Shown: one piece after another, positions 27,456 to 37,152 of the stretch
Numbering within the stretch: position 1 is the stretch's first letter
How the letters are laid out: every line of letters begins with the position of its first letter
DNA from: an uncultured Rikenellaceae bacterium
GTDB lineage: Bacteria > Bacteroidota > Bacteroidia > Bacteroidales > VadinHA17
Assembly: GCA_964577305.1 (NCBI GenBank)
Contig: CAZNYS010000005.1
Span: forward strand, 36,193 to 100,192
DNA length: 64,000 bases
Direction of reading: 5' to 3'
Notes under the pieces: generated by a model
Seen by the model: the letters and a program-made list of their open reading frames with translations, nothing else
What the model was told of the DNA's origin: nothing
Database searches by the model: none
Position numbers and translations under genes: made by a program

Positions 27456-28454
27456 CTAAAACTGTTTAAAATGAACGGCATCAGCTGGATAGTCTACAAG
27501 TGTCTTCAGTTCATCGTCTAACTTCATGATAGTCAATGTAACACCCATCATATCAAGGGAGGTGAAGAAATCACCGACATAAGACTTGTATGTACCAATA
27601 CCTTGATTAGAGAGAATTGCCTTCACTTTACTGTGGAAAACATATAATTCCATTAAAGGTGTAGCTCCTAATCCGGATACCAGTACTACTACTTCATCTC
27701 CCTTAATAAAGGGAAGATCAGGTAGAACAATATCTGTGCAGACTTTTGCCATTTCATCTGCAGTTTTTAAATCAGAAACCGCAATACCTGGTTCTCCATG
27801 GTGCCCAATTCCCACTTCCATTTTCCCGGGTTCAATAGTGAAGTTAGGTTTACCAACTGAAGGTATTGTACAGGGTGTAAGGCCAATACCTATACTGCGG
27901 GTATAGTCAATTGCTTTTTGGGCAGCCGCTATCACTTCATCAAGTGAAGCACCTGTAGCTGCCTTTGCACCTCCAACTTTCCACATTAAAACCTCACCTG
28001 CCACTCCTCTCCTTTTTTCACGCTCGGTGATTGGTGCTGAGGGTACATCATCATTGGCTATAACAGTTTTCACGGTAATTCCTTCCTTTTCTGCCTGTTT
28101 CCTGGCTATCTTCACGTTCATATTATCCCCGGAATAATTTCCATACAGGCAGGCCACACCCTGACCACTGTCTGCTGCCTTAAACGCATCGTAGAATGAC
28201 TTTGCAGTCGGCGAGGTAAAAATTTCACCTACAGCTACAGCATCAACCATATTTTTACCAAGGTAACCTATAAAAGCAGGTTTATGCCCTGAGCCTCCTC
28301 CTGTAACTATTCCTACCTTTCCTTTTACTGGAGCTTCTAGGTATTTTAGTACTCTTAAATTTTTTGTTCCTGCTACCATTTTCTCGTTAGCTGCTTTAAA
28401 ACCTGCAACCATTTCGTCGACCAGATAATCCGGATCATTAATAATTCTCTGCAT
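27456..28454 (-). CDS. dhaK: Dihydroxyacetone-kinase family, substrate-binding subunit DhaK
   Basis: TGGGSGHKPAF and VGIGHHGEPG motifs; 332 aa; abuts dhaL with no gap. Confidence 0.85.
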   Translation of the reverse strand: MQRIINDPDYLVDEMVAGFKAANEKMVAGTKNLRVLKYLEAPVKGKVGIVTGGGSGHKPAFIGYLGKNMVDAVAVGEIFTSPTAKSFYDAFKAADSGQGVACLYGNYSGDNMNVKIARKQAEKEGITVKTVIANDDVPSAPITEREKRRGVAGEVLMWKVGGAKAATGASLDEVIAAAQKAIDYTRSIGIGLTPCTIPSVGKPNFTIEPGKMEVGIGHHGEPGIAVSDLKTADEMAKVCTDIVLPDLPFIKGDEVVVLVSGLGATPLMELYVFHSKVKAILSNQGIGTYKSYVGDFFTSLDMMGVTLTIMKLDDELKTLVDYPADAVHFKQF

Positions 28455-28465
28455 GGTGTTTATTT

Positions 28466-28885
28466 CTAAGTTTTCTGATCAGGGAATTCCACGTCTTCAT
28501 AATACAGGTAATCATCAAGGGTAGCAGGAGGGATAAAAACACATATTATCTTCATATCCTTGTATCCATCATTGCGTACCATATGAATTGATCCTGGCTT
28601 AAAGAGTACTGCAGTACCTGCCCTGATCTCACTGACATTACCATTTATATATACTTTACCGGCACCACTGGCAATATAGATCAACTCTTCCATTTCGGGA
28701 TGGGCATGTGCCGGCTTTACGGTATTACCGGGCTTAATTATCACAGTATTAAGGGAAAAGTTCGTGCTGAGGTCCATATCAGGGGTTATTAACCATTTCA
28801 GCGACCTACCCTGAAGTTCCTTAGCCTCGATCCTGTCTTCATAGATAATATTTTTCATACTTGCATATTTAGTGATAAAGGGCAA
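28466..28885 (-). CDS. Cupin-domain protein
   Basis: HAHPEMEELIYIASG...G(x)5...H pattern (cupin motifs 1 and 2). The start may be the internal Met at 28858. Confidence 0.6.
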   Translation of the reverse strand: MPFITKYASMKNIIYEDRIEAKELQGRSLKWLITPDMDLSTNFSLNTVIIKPGNTVKPAHAHPEMEELIYIASGAGKVYINGNVSEIRAGTAVLFKPGSIHMVRNDGYKDMKIICVFIPPATLDDYLYYEDVEFPDQKT

Positions 28886-29876
28886 CTTCCCCTTTAACTT
28901 GGTTTGAGCTTAAAATATAATCTATTGATTTGTAAGTGAAAATTTTCGTCTGAGTTGGCCCCACTCCTTTTTCTACAACCTGTTTTTTGATTTTACCGCT
29001 CGGTGTTCCTTCATAGACAAATAAATTAAGAGCTCTGTCTCCCCTTCGATTTCCAACAACCACAGAAGGTTTCCCACTAAAGGTTCCAGCGCTCAGTCCA
29101 TGACCGAACTCCAAAACCGACTGGTAAATCCTTTTCCATCCTTCACGTTCTTTAATATATACATTTAAAGTATCTCCATGAAAAGGCTCGATGGTGATTA
29201 ATTCCTTTATTTCGTCATCATTAATATCGAAAAATACAAATTCACTCACCTCATTTTCAAACAATACGGTCATTGCCCAGTCTGAATTAAATCCGGGTGC
29301 TATTTCAAAAATACCTTCTTTACCTGATATATATATTGCCTCTGTACCCGTAAGGTTTGCTTTAATCATGCCATGATTGCGGGTCACATTATTAATAAAC
29401 TTTTTGGGTTCATCATGCAGATTACCTTGCTGATCTAGAGGGATAATATACAATTCGCCAGGCAAACTCCAATCTTCAGGATATTTTTTGAAAACACTCA
29501 CGGAGGCTGCAAACAACCAGTTGACATTGTCTACGGTAAGGATTTCGCAACGGTGAGCAAAAGGAAGATCGATTAATTTTTTTGTATGCCAATCCCCTTT
29601 CCTTTCCTCATGCAGGTATATAGCTGCTTCTGCCCCTTTAAAAGGAGGAAAGAGGCCCATTACTGATACAAGCCTTTTATTATCACCCGGAACAATAACC
29701 ATGCACATGGTCCCTCCGGGTCCATTAGATATTTTTACCATTTCGCTTTCTTCCAACCCAATAAGGTAAAACGGGTATTCTCCCTCTGAACCAACACCAT
29801 AATAAATCTGCCCGTTGAAATCGAGTACATCAACTGTATATACCTGGGGCAAATTAGTTATTATAGTCTTTTTCAT
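28869..29876 (-). CDS. Hypothetical protein, probably a beta-propeller-like repeat fold
   Basis: 335 aa; no signal peptide; repetitive beta-rich sequence. It overlaps the upstream gene by 4 nt. Confidence 0.5.
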   Translation of the reverse strand: MKKTIITNLPQVYTVDVLDFNGQIYYGVGSEGEYPFYLIGLEESEMVKISNGPGGTMCMVIVPGDNKRLVSVMGLFPPFKGAEAAIYLHEERKGDWHTKKLIDLPFAHRCEILTVDNVNWLFAASVSVFKKYPEDWSLPGELYIIPLDQQGNLHDEPKKFINNVTRNHGMIKANLTGTEAIYISGKEGIFEIAPGFNSDWAMTVLFENEVSEFVFFDINDDEIKELITIEPFHGDTLNVYIKEREGWKRIYQSVLEFGHGLSAGTFSGKPSVVVGNRRGDRALNLFVYEGTPSGKIKKQVVEKGVGPTQTKIFTYKSIDYILSSNQVKGEVALYH

Positions 29877-30346
29877 TCTTTATCTTTTTGCTGTTTTGCT
29901 CCTGTATATTCCCTTTCGATTTCATAAATTCTATCAATCTTAGTCTGAGACCTTCCTCCCGGAACATAACGAACTGATATCCATACTTTAACTAACCTTT
30001 TAGCTATTTCATCACTGACAACTTTAGCTCCCATAGTCAGGATATTTGCATTATTACTGAGTATCGATCTTTCAACAGAATATTCATCCGTACACGTTAC
30101 GGCATAAGCACCAGGTACCTTGTTGGCAGCTAGGCACATACCAAGTCCTGTACCGCATAACAGTACAGCCCTGTCATGTTTCCCTTCTGTAACAGCCCTG
30201 GCAACTATGTATGCGGTATTGGCATATATGATATCATCACTACCGTAATCCTCAACCTCGAATCCCAATGAAGAAATATATTCTATTAATACCTTTTTAA
30301 GAGCTGAAGCATTTGGATCACAACCTATTGCTATTGGTTTGTTCAT
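29873..30346 (-). CDS. RpiB/LacA/LacB family sugar-phosphate isomerase
   Basis: IAIGCDPNA...LLCGTGLGMCLAANKVPG signature; 157 aa. Confidence 0.8.
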   Translation of the reverse strand: MNKPIAIGCDPNASALKKVLIEYISSLGFEVEDYGSDDIIYANTAYIVARAVTEGKHDRAVLLCGTGLGMCLAANKVPGAYAVTCTDEYSVERSILSNNANILTMGAKVVSDEIAKRLVKVWISVRYVPGGRSQTKIDRIYEIEREYTGAKQQKDKE

Positions 30347-31038
30347 AATTCAGACAATATCTCCCTTACCCTGTTAAGGCCTGTCCTTCCACTATTATAT
30401 ACAGGCACCTTAATGTCCTTTAAAAAAGGTTCAAGAGCACTCATTGATACCTGTGCCATGGTTATTACATCCACCTTATCTGAAAGTTTCTCAATCTCTG
30501 ATAAGAGGATTTCATTATGCATATCCACATTACCCGTTTTGATTTTTTCAAATGCCTCACTGGAAAGTACTGTGGTTATTTCTATTTTTTTTCCTGCTTC
30601 CTCTGCTGCAATGTTTAATAATCGTTCTGAAGGAATTACGGTTGATGGTACCGTTGCCAGTAATCCTATTCTGGACCCTTCAGAAACAGCTATATCCATC
30701 ATAGGACGGTCTATCTGAACCATTGGTATATCAATCAGGGGACGGGCGACTTCCACTGCCCTGCTGAAAGTTGAACATGCAAGCAAAATAAGATCTACAC
30801 CAGCCTCCTGGAGAAAGTGAGCATACGTAGTAAATTTAAAAAAATTGACCTTTGGTATAACACCTGGTTTCTGCATGAAATTCAGGTTCTGAACGGTGTC
30901 ATCTATATGATGAACAACTGTTACTTCAGGGATAATCTCTTGAATGAAAGGTTCCACACTCTTTGATGAAATTAAAGCGGCATGTATTATACCCAATGTT
31001 TTGTTGCTAAGATCTTTCATAAAAATATTTCTAAACAA
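30343..31038 (-). CDS. Asp/Glu/hydantoin-racemase superfamily protein (single-cysteine variant)
   Basis: LILLACSTF (first catalytic-Cys motif) is present. The position of the second motif reads VITMAQVSM, with no Cys. About 225-231 aa. Confidence 0.55.
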   Translation of the reverse strand: MFRNIFMKDLSNKTLGIIHAALISSKSVEPFIQEIIPEVTVVHHIDDTVQNLNFMQKPGVIPKVNFFKFTTYAHFLQEAGVDLILLACSTFSRAVEVARPLIDIPMVQIDRPMMDIAVSEGSRIGLLATVPSTVIPSERLLNIAAEEAGKKIEITTVLSSEAFEKIKTGNVDMHNEILLSEIEKLSDKVDVITMAQVSMSALEPFLKDIKVPVYNSGRTGLNRVREILSEL

Positions 31039-31570
31039 ATATGTTAATATATTTTACTGTATCACTAACTGGAATAATCTGATGAGTCTCAAGTGCATTG
31101 AAATACAGAGCATCTCCTTTATTCATATGATAATCAATATCTCCTACCTGAAACTTCATGGATCCTTCAATTACATAAATGAATTCTTCACCAACATGCG
31201 ATAAATGATGCTCTTTTACCTCCCCCTTCCTGACGACAAAAAGGAATGGTTGCATTCTTTTACCATGATATTCTGAAGCAAAAGGAAATATATTATATCC
31301 ACGCTCCGTAAGCACAGTTTCATTCTCAGAAGTACCGGAAGAAACAAGGATTGATCCGTAATTACCATTTTTCTCCAATAGAGCAGAAACTCTGGTACCA
31401 AGTGCATCCGCAAGTTTTATAAGAGTAGCAACAGATGGAAATACCTTATTAGTTTCAATTTTTGATATCATACTCTTCGATAAATTACATTTATCAGATA
31501 TCTCCTGGATAGTACGATTCTGGCTGATTCTTAATTTTCTAATAAGAGTGCCTAATTTTATTTCGTTCAT
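31031..31570 (-). CDS. XRE-family HTH transcriptional regulator with C-terminal cupin sensor domain
   Basis: N-terminal HTH_3 (LGTLIRKLRISQNRTIQEISDKCNLSKSMISKIE) and C-terminal cupin (EEFIYVIEGSMKF...GDALYF). First gene of the operon. Confidence 0.8.
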   Translation of the reverse strand: MNEIKLGTLIRKLRISQNRTIQEISDKCNLSKSMISKIETNKVFPSVATLIKLADALGTRVSALLEKNGNYGSILVSSGTSENETVLTERGYNIFPFASEYHGKRMQPFLFVVRKGEVKEHHLSHVGEEFIYVIEGSMKFQVGDIDYHMNKGDALYFNALETHQIIPVSDTVKYINIFV

Positions 31571-31792
31571 TGAATTTAATAAAAGTTGTTAATTATATGT
31601 CAACATAGTTTCTTTAACAAATATAATATTTTATAACAATCTACAAAAATAAAATAAATGTTAATATTCCTCAAAGATTAGATTTAATAATCACTCAAAC
31701 TATTATGAATCATGAAGATTTAAATAAAGGATATGAGGTTTGCAGACTATTTAATCTATAAATAATATAGTCTGAGGATTATGATTTTTCTT

Positions 31793-32014
31793 TTATATCT
31801 GGATATCTTCAGGTTTAATATCTTCCTTATTACCTGCATCTGGAGGGGTTGAGCTTAACACTCCGTTTTCATCAACATAAGCGATCATATCATCAAGACC
31901 GCTCTTTTTTTCGTTATCTTTTTTGGCTAATCTCTTCTTTTCTTTCTCTTTTCTTTTCTTAGCCTTTTTATTTCTTACATCTTTCTTTTTAAATGTTTCC
32001 TGTGATCTTCCCAT
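31793..32014 (-). CDS. Small lysine-rich basic protein, unknown function
   Basis: 73 aa; KKAKKRKEKEKKRLAKK tract. Coding status is not proven. Confidence 0.4.
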   Translation of the reverse strand: MGRSQETFKKKDVRNKKAKKRKEKEKKRLAKKDNEKKSGLDDMIAYVDENGVLSSTPPDAGNKEDIKPEDIQI

Positions 32015-32069
32015 AATAATTCTTTAGCACATTTAAATAATAATTATCTGCCTACAAACACTTTATTGC

Positions 32070-32936
32070 TCAATCACCGAAGAAATCAATATTATCTTTC
32101 AACATATGTTTTAGCTTGGAAAGACCATTACTTCTTATTTGCCTGACCCTTTCGGATGACATTCCGTATTTAGAAGCTATATCCTGTAGCGACCATGTTG
32201 TATTACTGTCGAGGCCGAAAGACAGGTTTAATATGGCAGCTTCCCGCTGATTAAGCTTTGCCAGTGCTCTCCTTATATTTATATTAAGTGATTCATTCAT
32301 CAGGCTGGTATCAGGGGGTGATATATTATCGTTCTGTACGGTATCGTACAGGCTGAAATTACTGTCATTATCGCCTCCTACAGGCATATCAAAAGAAACC
32401 TGCCTGTTTTTGATCCTGTTGGCTGTTTCTATGTTCTCATTCTTCACGTCGAGGAAAATGGCAATCTCATCATCTGTTGGCTCCCTCTCAAATACCTGTT
32501 CAAGATATGGAATTGCCTTTTTGATTTTATTGATTGCAGCAATCCTGTTAAGGGGTAAACGAACAATCCTTGTCTGGTCTGATACGGCCTGCACAATCGA
32601 CTGGCGTATCCACCATACAGCATAAGATATAAATTTGAAACCCCTGGAGGCATCAAATAAACGGGCAGCTTTAACCAGGCCTATATTGCCTTCATTTATA
32701 AGATCAGGCAATGACAGGCCCTGATTCTGATACTGTTTGGCAACTGATATTACAAACCTCAGATTGGCTAGTACCAGCTTTTCAAGCGCTTCATTATCAC
32801 CCTTCCTGATACTTGCCGCTAATTCAACTTCTTCTTCAGCACTTACCATAGGATAATTGCTTATTTCATTGAAATACCTGTTTATTGATTCCTCATTCCG
32901 TGGAGTTAATTGCTTTGTAATTACCAGTTGCCGCAT
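32070..32936 (-). CDS. rpoD: Primary RNA polymerase sigma factor (Bacteroidota short sigma-70 / sigma-A)
   Basis: 288 aa; regions 2-4 recognisable (NLRFVISVAKQYQNQGLSLPDLINEGNIGLVKAARLFD; YAVWWIRQSI; SSERVRQIRSNGLSKLK). Confidence 0.9.
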   Translation of the reverse strand: MRQLVITKQLTPRNEESINRYFNEISNYPMVSAEEEVELAASIRKGDNEALEKLVLANLRFVISVAKQYQNQGLSLPDLINEGNIGLVKAARLFDASRGFKFISYAVWWIRQSIVQAVSDQTRIVRLPLNRIAAINKIKKAIPYLEQVFEREPTDDEIAIFLDVKNENIETANRIKNRQVSFDMPVGGDNDSNFSLYDTVQNDNISPPDTSLMNESLNINIRRALAKLNQREAAILNLSFGLDSNTTWSLQDIASKYGMSSERVRQIRSNGLSKLKHMLKDNIDFFGD

Positions 32937-32945
32937 TAATATATT

Positions 32946-34022
32946 TTAAGTGTCATTTTCAGCTTTCCGATAACCCCTTTTCAGGTCATCAAATATTTTT
33001 CTGACAGTTGTAATCTTTTTTATTTTCCCTGCATTGGTACCGGTAAAAGCAAAACCATCATCCATTTTACCGTTAAACGCAGACAGTAAAGCATCTGCAA
33101 TACAATAACGGGTGGTTTTAGGATTACATGATTTAATGCAATTAAAACTGCAGCTTGCCGGTCTTCTTTTTCCCTCTCCGGCTTCAAGCAGGAACTTGTT
33201 ATAAATTGCTCTTCCCGGCATACCAACCGGACTATTAATGATCTGAATATCTGCTGTCTTTGCCCTTATAAATGCTTCCTTAAATTCAGGAGAAGCATCG
33301 CATTCCTCAGTCGCAATAAATCGTGTTCCCATTTGCACGGCAGAAGCACCACGTTTCATTATGCGAAACATATCTTTGCCGGTGTAAATTCCTCCGGCAG
33401 CAATAACCGGTATTTCCCTGTTAAATTTAACTTTCATCTCCCGTACCACTTCGAGTACATCTGAAACAAGCTTTTCAAGTCTGTTTTCTTTATTCTGGAT
33501 CTGATCAGCCTTGAATCCCAGGTGACCACCTGCTTTAGGTCCTTCTACAACAAATGCATCGGGTAAATAATCGTAATTCTGTTTCCACTTTTGCGATATT
33601 ATAGAAGCTGCCCGCGCGGAGGATACGATGGGAACAAGTTTCGTTTTTATTCCCTTCTCTAGATATTTTGGTAAATCCAGTGGTAATCCTGCACCTGCGA
33701 ATATTATATCTATACCCTCCTCTATAGAGGTTTTTACCATATCTGAAAAATTAGTAATCACAGACATAATATTTACGCCCAGCACACCATCTGTAAGTTT
33801 ACGTGCTTTTCTTATTTCATTGCGAATAGCATCGATATGATTTTGGCGACGGCTTTTCTGTTTGTCTTTACTTAAAAACCCTATACCTACCGTGGAAATA
33901 ACTCCAACACCTCCCATATTAGCCACTGAAGATGCAAGACCTGAAAGGGAAATGCCAATACCCATTCCGCCCTGTATGACCGGAACGGGTATTTTTAGGT
34001 CCCCTATTTTAAATGAATTCAA
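32946..34022 (-). CDS. Nitronate monooxygenase / FabK-like FMN oxidoreductase
   Basis: PVIQGGMGIGIS, IPVIAAGGI and VQMGTRF motifs of the NMO/2-nitropropane dioxygenase fold. Confidence 0.7.
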   Translation of the reverse strand: MNSFKIGDLKIPVPVIQGGMGIGISLSGLASSVANMGGVGVISTVGIGFLSKDKQKSRRQNHIDAIRNEIRKARKLTDGVLGVNIMSVITNFSDMVKTSIEEGIDIIFAGAGLPLDLPKYLEKGIKTKLVPIVSSARAASIISQKWKQNYDYLPDAFVVEGPKAGGHLGFKADQIQNKENRLEKLVSDVLEVVREMKVKFNREIPVIAAGGIYTGKDMFRIMKRGASAVQMGTRFIATEECDASPEFKEAFIRAKTADIQIINSPVGMPGRAIYNKFLLEAGEGKRRPASCSFNCIKSCNPKTTRYCIADALLSAFNGKMDDGFAFTGTNAGKIKKITTVRKIFDDLKRGYRKAENDT

Positions 34023-34040
34023 ATTATACCTCTTAATTAT

Positions 34041-34238
34041 CTAAGCCGTTTTCACATCATAAGCCACCAGACCCTTATCTCCCTGCTTTACTTCAAAAAC
34101 GACCTCCTGGTCTGTTTCCAGCACCTCATAAGAATCCAATAAACCTGTCCGGTGTACAAATATGTCTTCCCCGCTTTCAGATTTGATGAAGCCAAATCCT
34201 TTGGTCTCATCATACCACTTCACTTTTCCTTTAAACAT
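34041..34238 (-). CDS. Cold-shock domain protein
   Basis: GKVKWYDETKGFGFI and IFVH RNP motifs; 65 aa. Confidence 0.9.
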   Translation of the reverse strand: MFKGKVKWYDETKGFGFIKSESGEDIFVHRTGLLDSYEVLETDQEVVFEVKQGDKGLVAYDVKTA

Positions 34239-34255
34239 TATTCTGTAATTGAATA

Positions 34256-34510
34256 TTAATATCTTGTTTTCCTCGGCTTTGCCTCATTAACAACTATTTC
34301 CCTGTTTTCTAATTCAGATCCGTTTAGATCTTTTATCGCTTTATTGGCTTCTTTGTCATTTTCCATTTCTACAAAGCCATAGCCCTTGCTTCTGCCACTG
34401 AACTTGTCTACAATAATTTTTGCAGAACTAACAGTTCCATATTCTTCGAATACTTTTTGAAGATCATCTTCATTAACCTTAAAATCAAGGTTACCTACAT
34501 AAATGTTCAT
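34256..34510 (-). CDS. RRM (RNP-1) RNA-binding protein
   Basis: NIYVGNL (RNP2) and KGYGFVEM (RNP1); 84 aa. Confidence 0.9.
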   Translation of the reverse strand: MNIYVGNLDFKVNEDDLQKVFEEYGTVSSAKIIVDKFSGRSKGYGFVEMENDKEANKAIKDLNGSELENREIVVNEAKPRKTRY

Positions 34511-34957
34511 TTTGTTTTTTTGTTTAATTAATTACATCCATAATACCGGGTCAGATTTAATGCCCTGGCAGGATCCTTTTCTGAGACTGTTTAATTACTG
34601 GTCAAAGTAACGGCTCCTGCCCAAAACACAGATTCATAAGAACCTGGCATTATGATTACTTATAAAATTTAGGATTTAGAAAAAAGTGCCGGGATTAATA
34701 ATAAGTATAAGATAAATTTGTTTAAAAGCGCTGTTCTCAAATCAGAAATTTTGGCAAAGATACGATTAATAATCCAGAATACATCTATTTATGTCATTAT
34801 TATCCTCTTTATTATGCTGTCATCCTGGTGGACCTGTCCCAACCGAAGTACCTGGAAACAGGTATCTATTACTTTTTTTTAATAGCTTCCTGACAAAATA
34901 TTTATTAACTTTATACGTATTATAATATGTATTTAAAACATTAAAATACTACCCAAA

Positions 34958-35998
34958 ATGAAAAGGTTCGTTGTATTTTTAACGGTTATTCTGGTTTTCT
35001 TAACCTGGGGATGCTCAAAGGTCGAAACTGAAACACTGAATCTGAAAGATTCCCTGGAGAGGAATGTTGCAGATTTAAACAATGCTGTAAATTATATATC
35101 AACAACAAAAGGTTACCAGATGTTAAGTGCGAGTTCTTCTGCTTTGAAATCTGAAGAAAGTTTTAATGACAGCATATCACTTGATCTTATTGCCGGCATT
35201 TATGACTTCAAGCCCGACCTGTGTCATTATCATATGTTTTTTATCCCTTACAGGCTCTTCGAGAAGACTGGTGAAAGTGAGCAGATGGTTGTTAACATGC
35301 CACACAAGCTTGTCTTTCATCCAATGTACCTTTATAATATCAATCCGTTCGATTCACTGCTTGAAAATAATTTCACCATCAGCGCTTCTGATTACCATTG
35401 CTATTATTCCTGGTTCAATCAGTATGATTATAAACTTACAGCAGGTTTTACTCTTGACTCAGAAGATATAGGCAGCCTCGATGTTACATCAGTTGGGAAT
35501 AATGAATCAGGTCTTTCATATTCTTCGGAATATATATTTAATGAGGGTTATAAAATAAGCGTTGGTTTCCTGTCGGGCGATTCTACGGTTTCATCTTTTG
35601 CCCTTACTCATAATGATGAGATACTGATAGAGGAGACTATGATCAGGGTCAGGCAGGATTTTCAAAATGATAGAGAAAAAAAATATATTCTCACAATTGG
35701 GAATATTGATATTGTTAAAGGAACAGGAATAGATTCCATTCAGGTATACCTCGACGGTGTGCTTCAGCAAAATGCAGCTGCCGTAATAGACGATACCACG
35801 TATATGGGTGCTTCCATATGCCATACAAGGAATATACTGCTTACCTTTGATGATGGCAGTACTGCAAAGCTCAGTGAGTTAATAAAACCGGCGAAACAAG
35901 CCCTGGCAACACTTGTAGATTCGCTTCACAGCATGAATTTTGCCACTTATGTAGTCAACTATATTGCTATTAGTATTTACTATCATTTTTACTATTGA
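34958..35998 (+). CDS. Hypothetical lipoprotein
   Basis: Signal plus lipobox (LTWGCS); 346 aa; no recognisable motif. Confidence 0.55.
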   Translation: MKRFVVFLTVILVFLTWGCSKVETETLNLKDSLERNVADLNNAVNYISTTKGYQMLSASSSALKSEESFNDSISLDLIAGIYDFKPDLCHYHMFFIPYRLFEKTGESEQMVVNMPHKLVFHPMYLYNINPFDSLLENNFTISASDYHCYYSWFNQYDYKLTAGFTLDSEDIGSLDVTSVGNNESGLSYSSEYIFNEGYKISVGFLSGDSTVSSFALTHNDEILIEETMIRVRQDFQNDREKKYILTIGNIDIVKGTGIDSIQVYLDGVLQQNAAAVIDDTTYMGASICHTRNILLTFDDGSTAKLSELIKPAKQALATLVDSLHSMNFATYVVNYIAISIYYHFYY

Positions 35999-36307
35999 GA
36001 AAGCTGGCCTGCAGCAACTGCAGTTGGATGGCTTGCTATTGCGCGAATGTGGGGAAGCCACTAATTTATAGTACCTCTGCTTCAGTAAAAGTATCTACTT
36101 AAAATAGAATATCAATTGTCTGTTATGCAAGGTATAAAGGTGACACTTTATTAAATTCATTGACCAACGGACAAATAAATTGATAATCGCACCATAGTCT
36201 TTGACAAAGGGTTATGAACTGTTATCAGTAAATCATAAATTTGGTAGATGTAATAAGAGCTGACATGTTATTTTGTCTTGGAGCCATTATTGGTATTGAA
36301 ATTAAAG

Positions 36308-36790
36308 ATGAACCAAATTAATAGTTTAATAATTGAGCAAACTTCTAAAACTCCACAAATTGATCTGAATCATTTAAGTGGTGAACTAATGCTATCCGGC
36401 AAATCAATCCCTGAGAATGCCGCAAAAATTTACGAACCCGTTTTAAACTGGGTGAAAGAGTACAGTCTTCACGCCAGGCCAATCACCAATTTAAGGCTTA
36501 ACCTGGACTATTTCAATACATCAACGTCAATATGGATTTCAAAAATAATCAAAGCCCTTAACTGTACCAATAATCCTGATTATCTTTTAATGGTGCATCT
36601 GTATATACCCCTGGAAGAATATGAAGATATGACCGAATTTGATGATCTAAGTGATGCGTTCAACCCGATAACAAGTATTTTGCATAATACAACTTCATGT
36701 GTTGGGTTAAAACTTCATGCCATTAACGATAATTCTGAAATAGTCGAAGATGCGCTGGTACTATTGCAAACTGATAAATTAGCGGATTAA
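36308..36790 (+). CDS. DUF1987 / SiaC-like protein
   Basis: ATG at 36308. The N-terminus (TSKTPQIDLNHLSGELMLSGKSIPENAAKIYEPVLNWVKEY) resembles the DUF1987 (SiaC) family. Confidence 0.5.
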   Translation: MNQINSLIIEQTSKTPQIDLNHLSGELMLSGKSIPENAAKIYEPVLNWVKEYSLHARPITNLRLNLDYFNTSTSIWISKIIKALNCTNNPDYLLMVHLYIPLEEYEDMTEFDDLSDAFNPITSILHNTTSCVGLKLHAINDNSEIVEDALVLLQTDKLAD

Positions 36791-37152
36791 ATGATAACAA
36801 GCCGGGAAGAAGATATTGTTACCTGTTCATGTTTATTATAGGCGGATTGCATTATAAAATTTAAGCTCCTTCCCTATTCCAAAAGTTATATGCCAATGAT
36901 GAAAATCTGACAATTGTCAAAAATCCATTATTCACTTCCAAGACGAAAGGGAATGAAAAAGAGTTTGAAAGAGTATTATTATATTATTGTTGACTGATAA
37001 GTGATAATATCTCAAAAAAAAAATTATATTTGAATATAGAAATAAACAAATCGTAGAATAAACTCTTAAATACAACCAAGATACTTGCATAGGAATTTCA
37101 TAAATAAATTCATTATAGATCAAATTAAAATCAACTTTTAAAATAAAGACCT

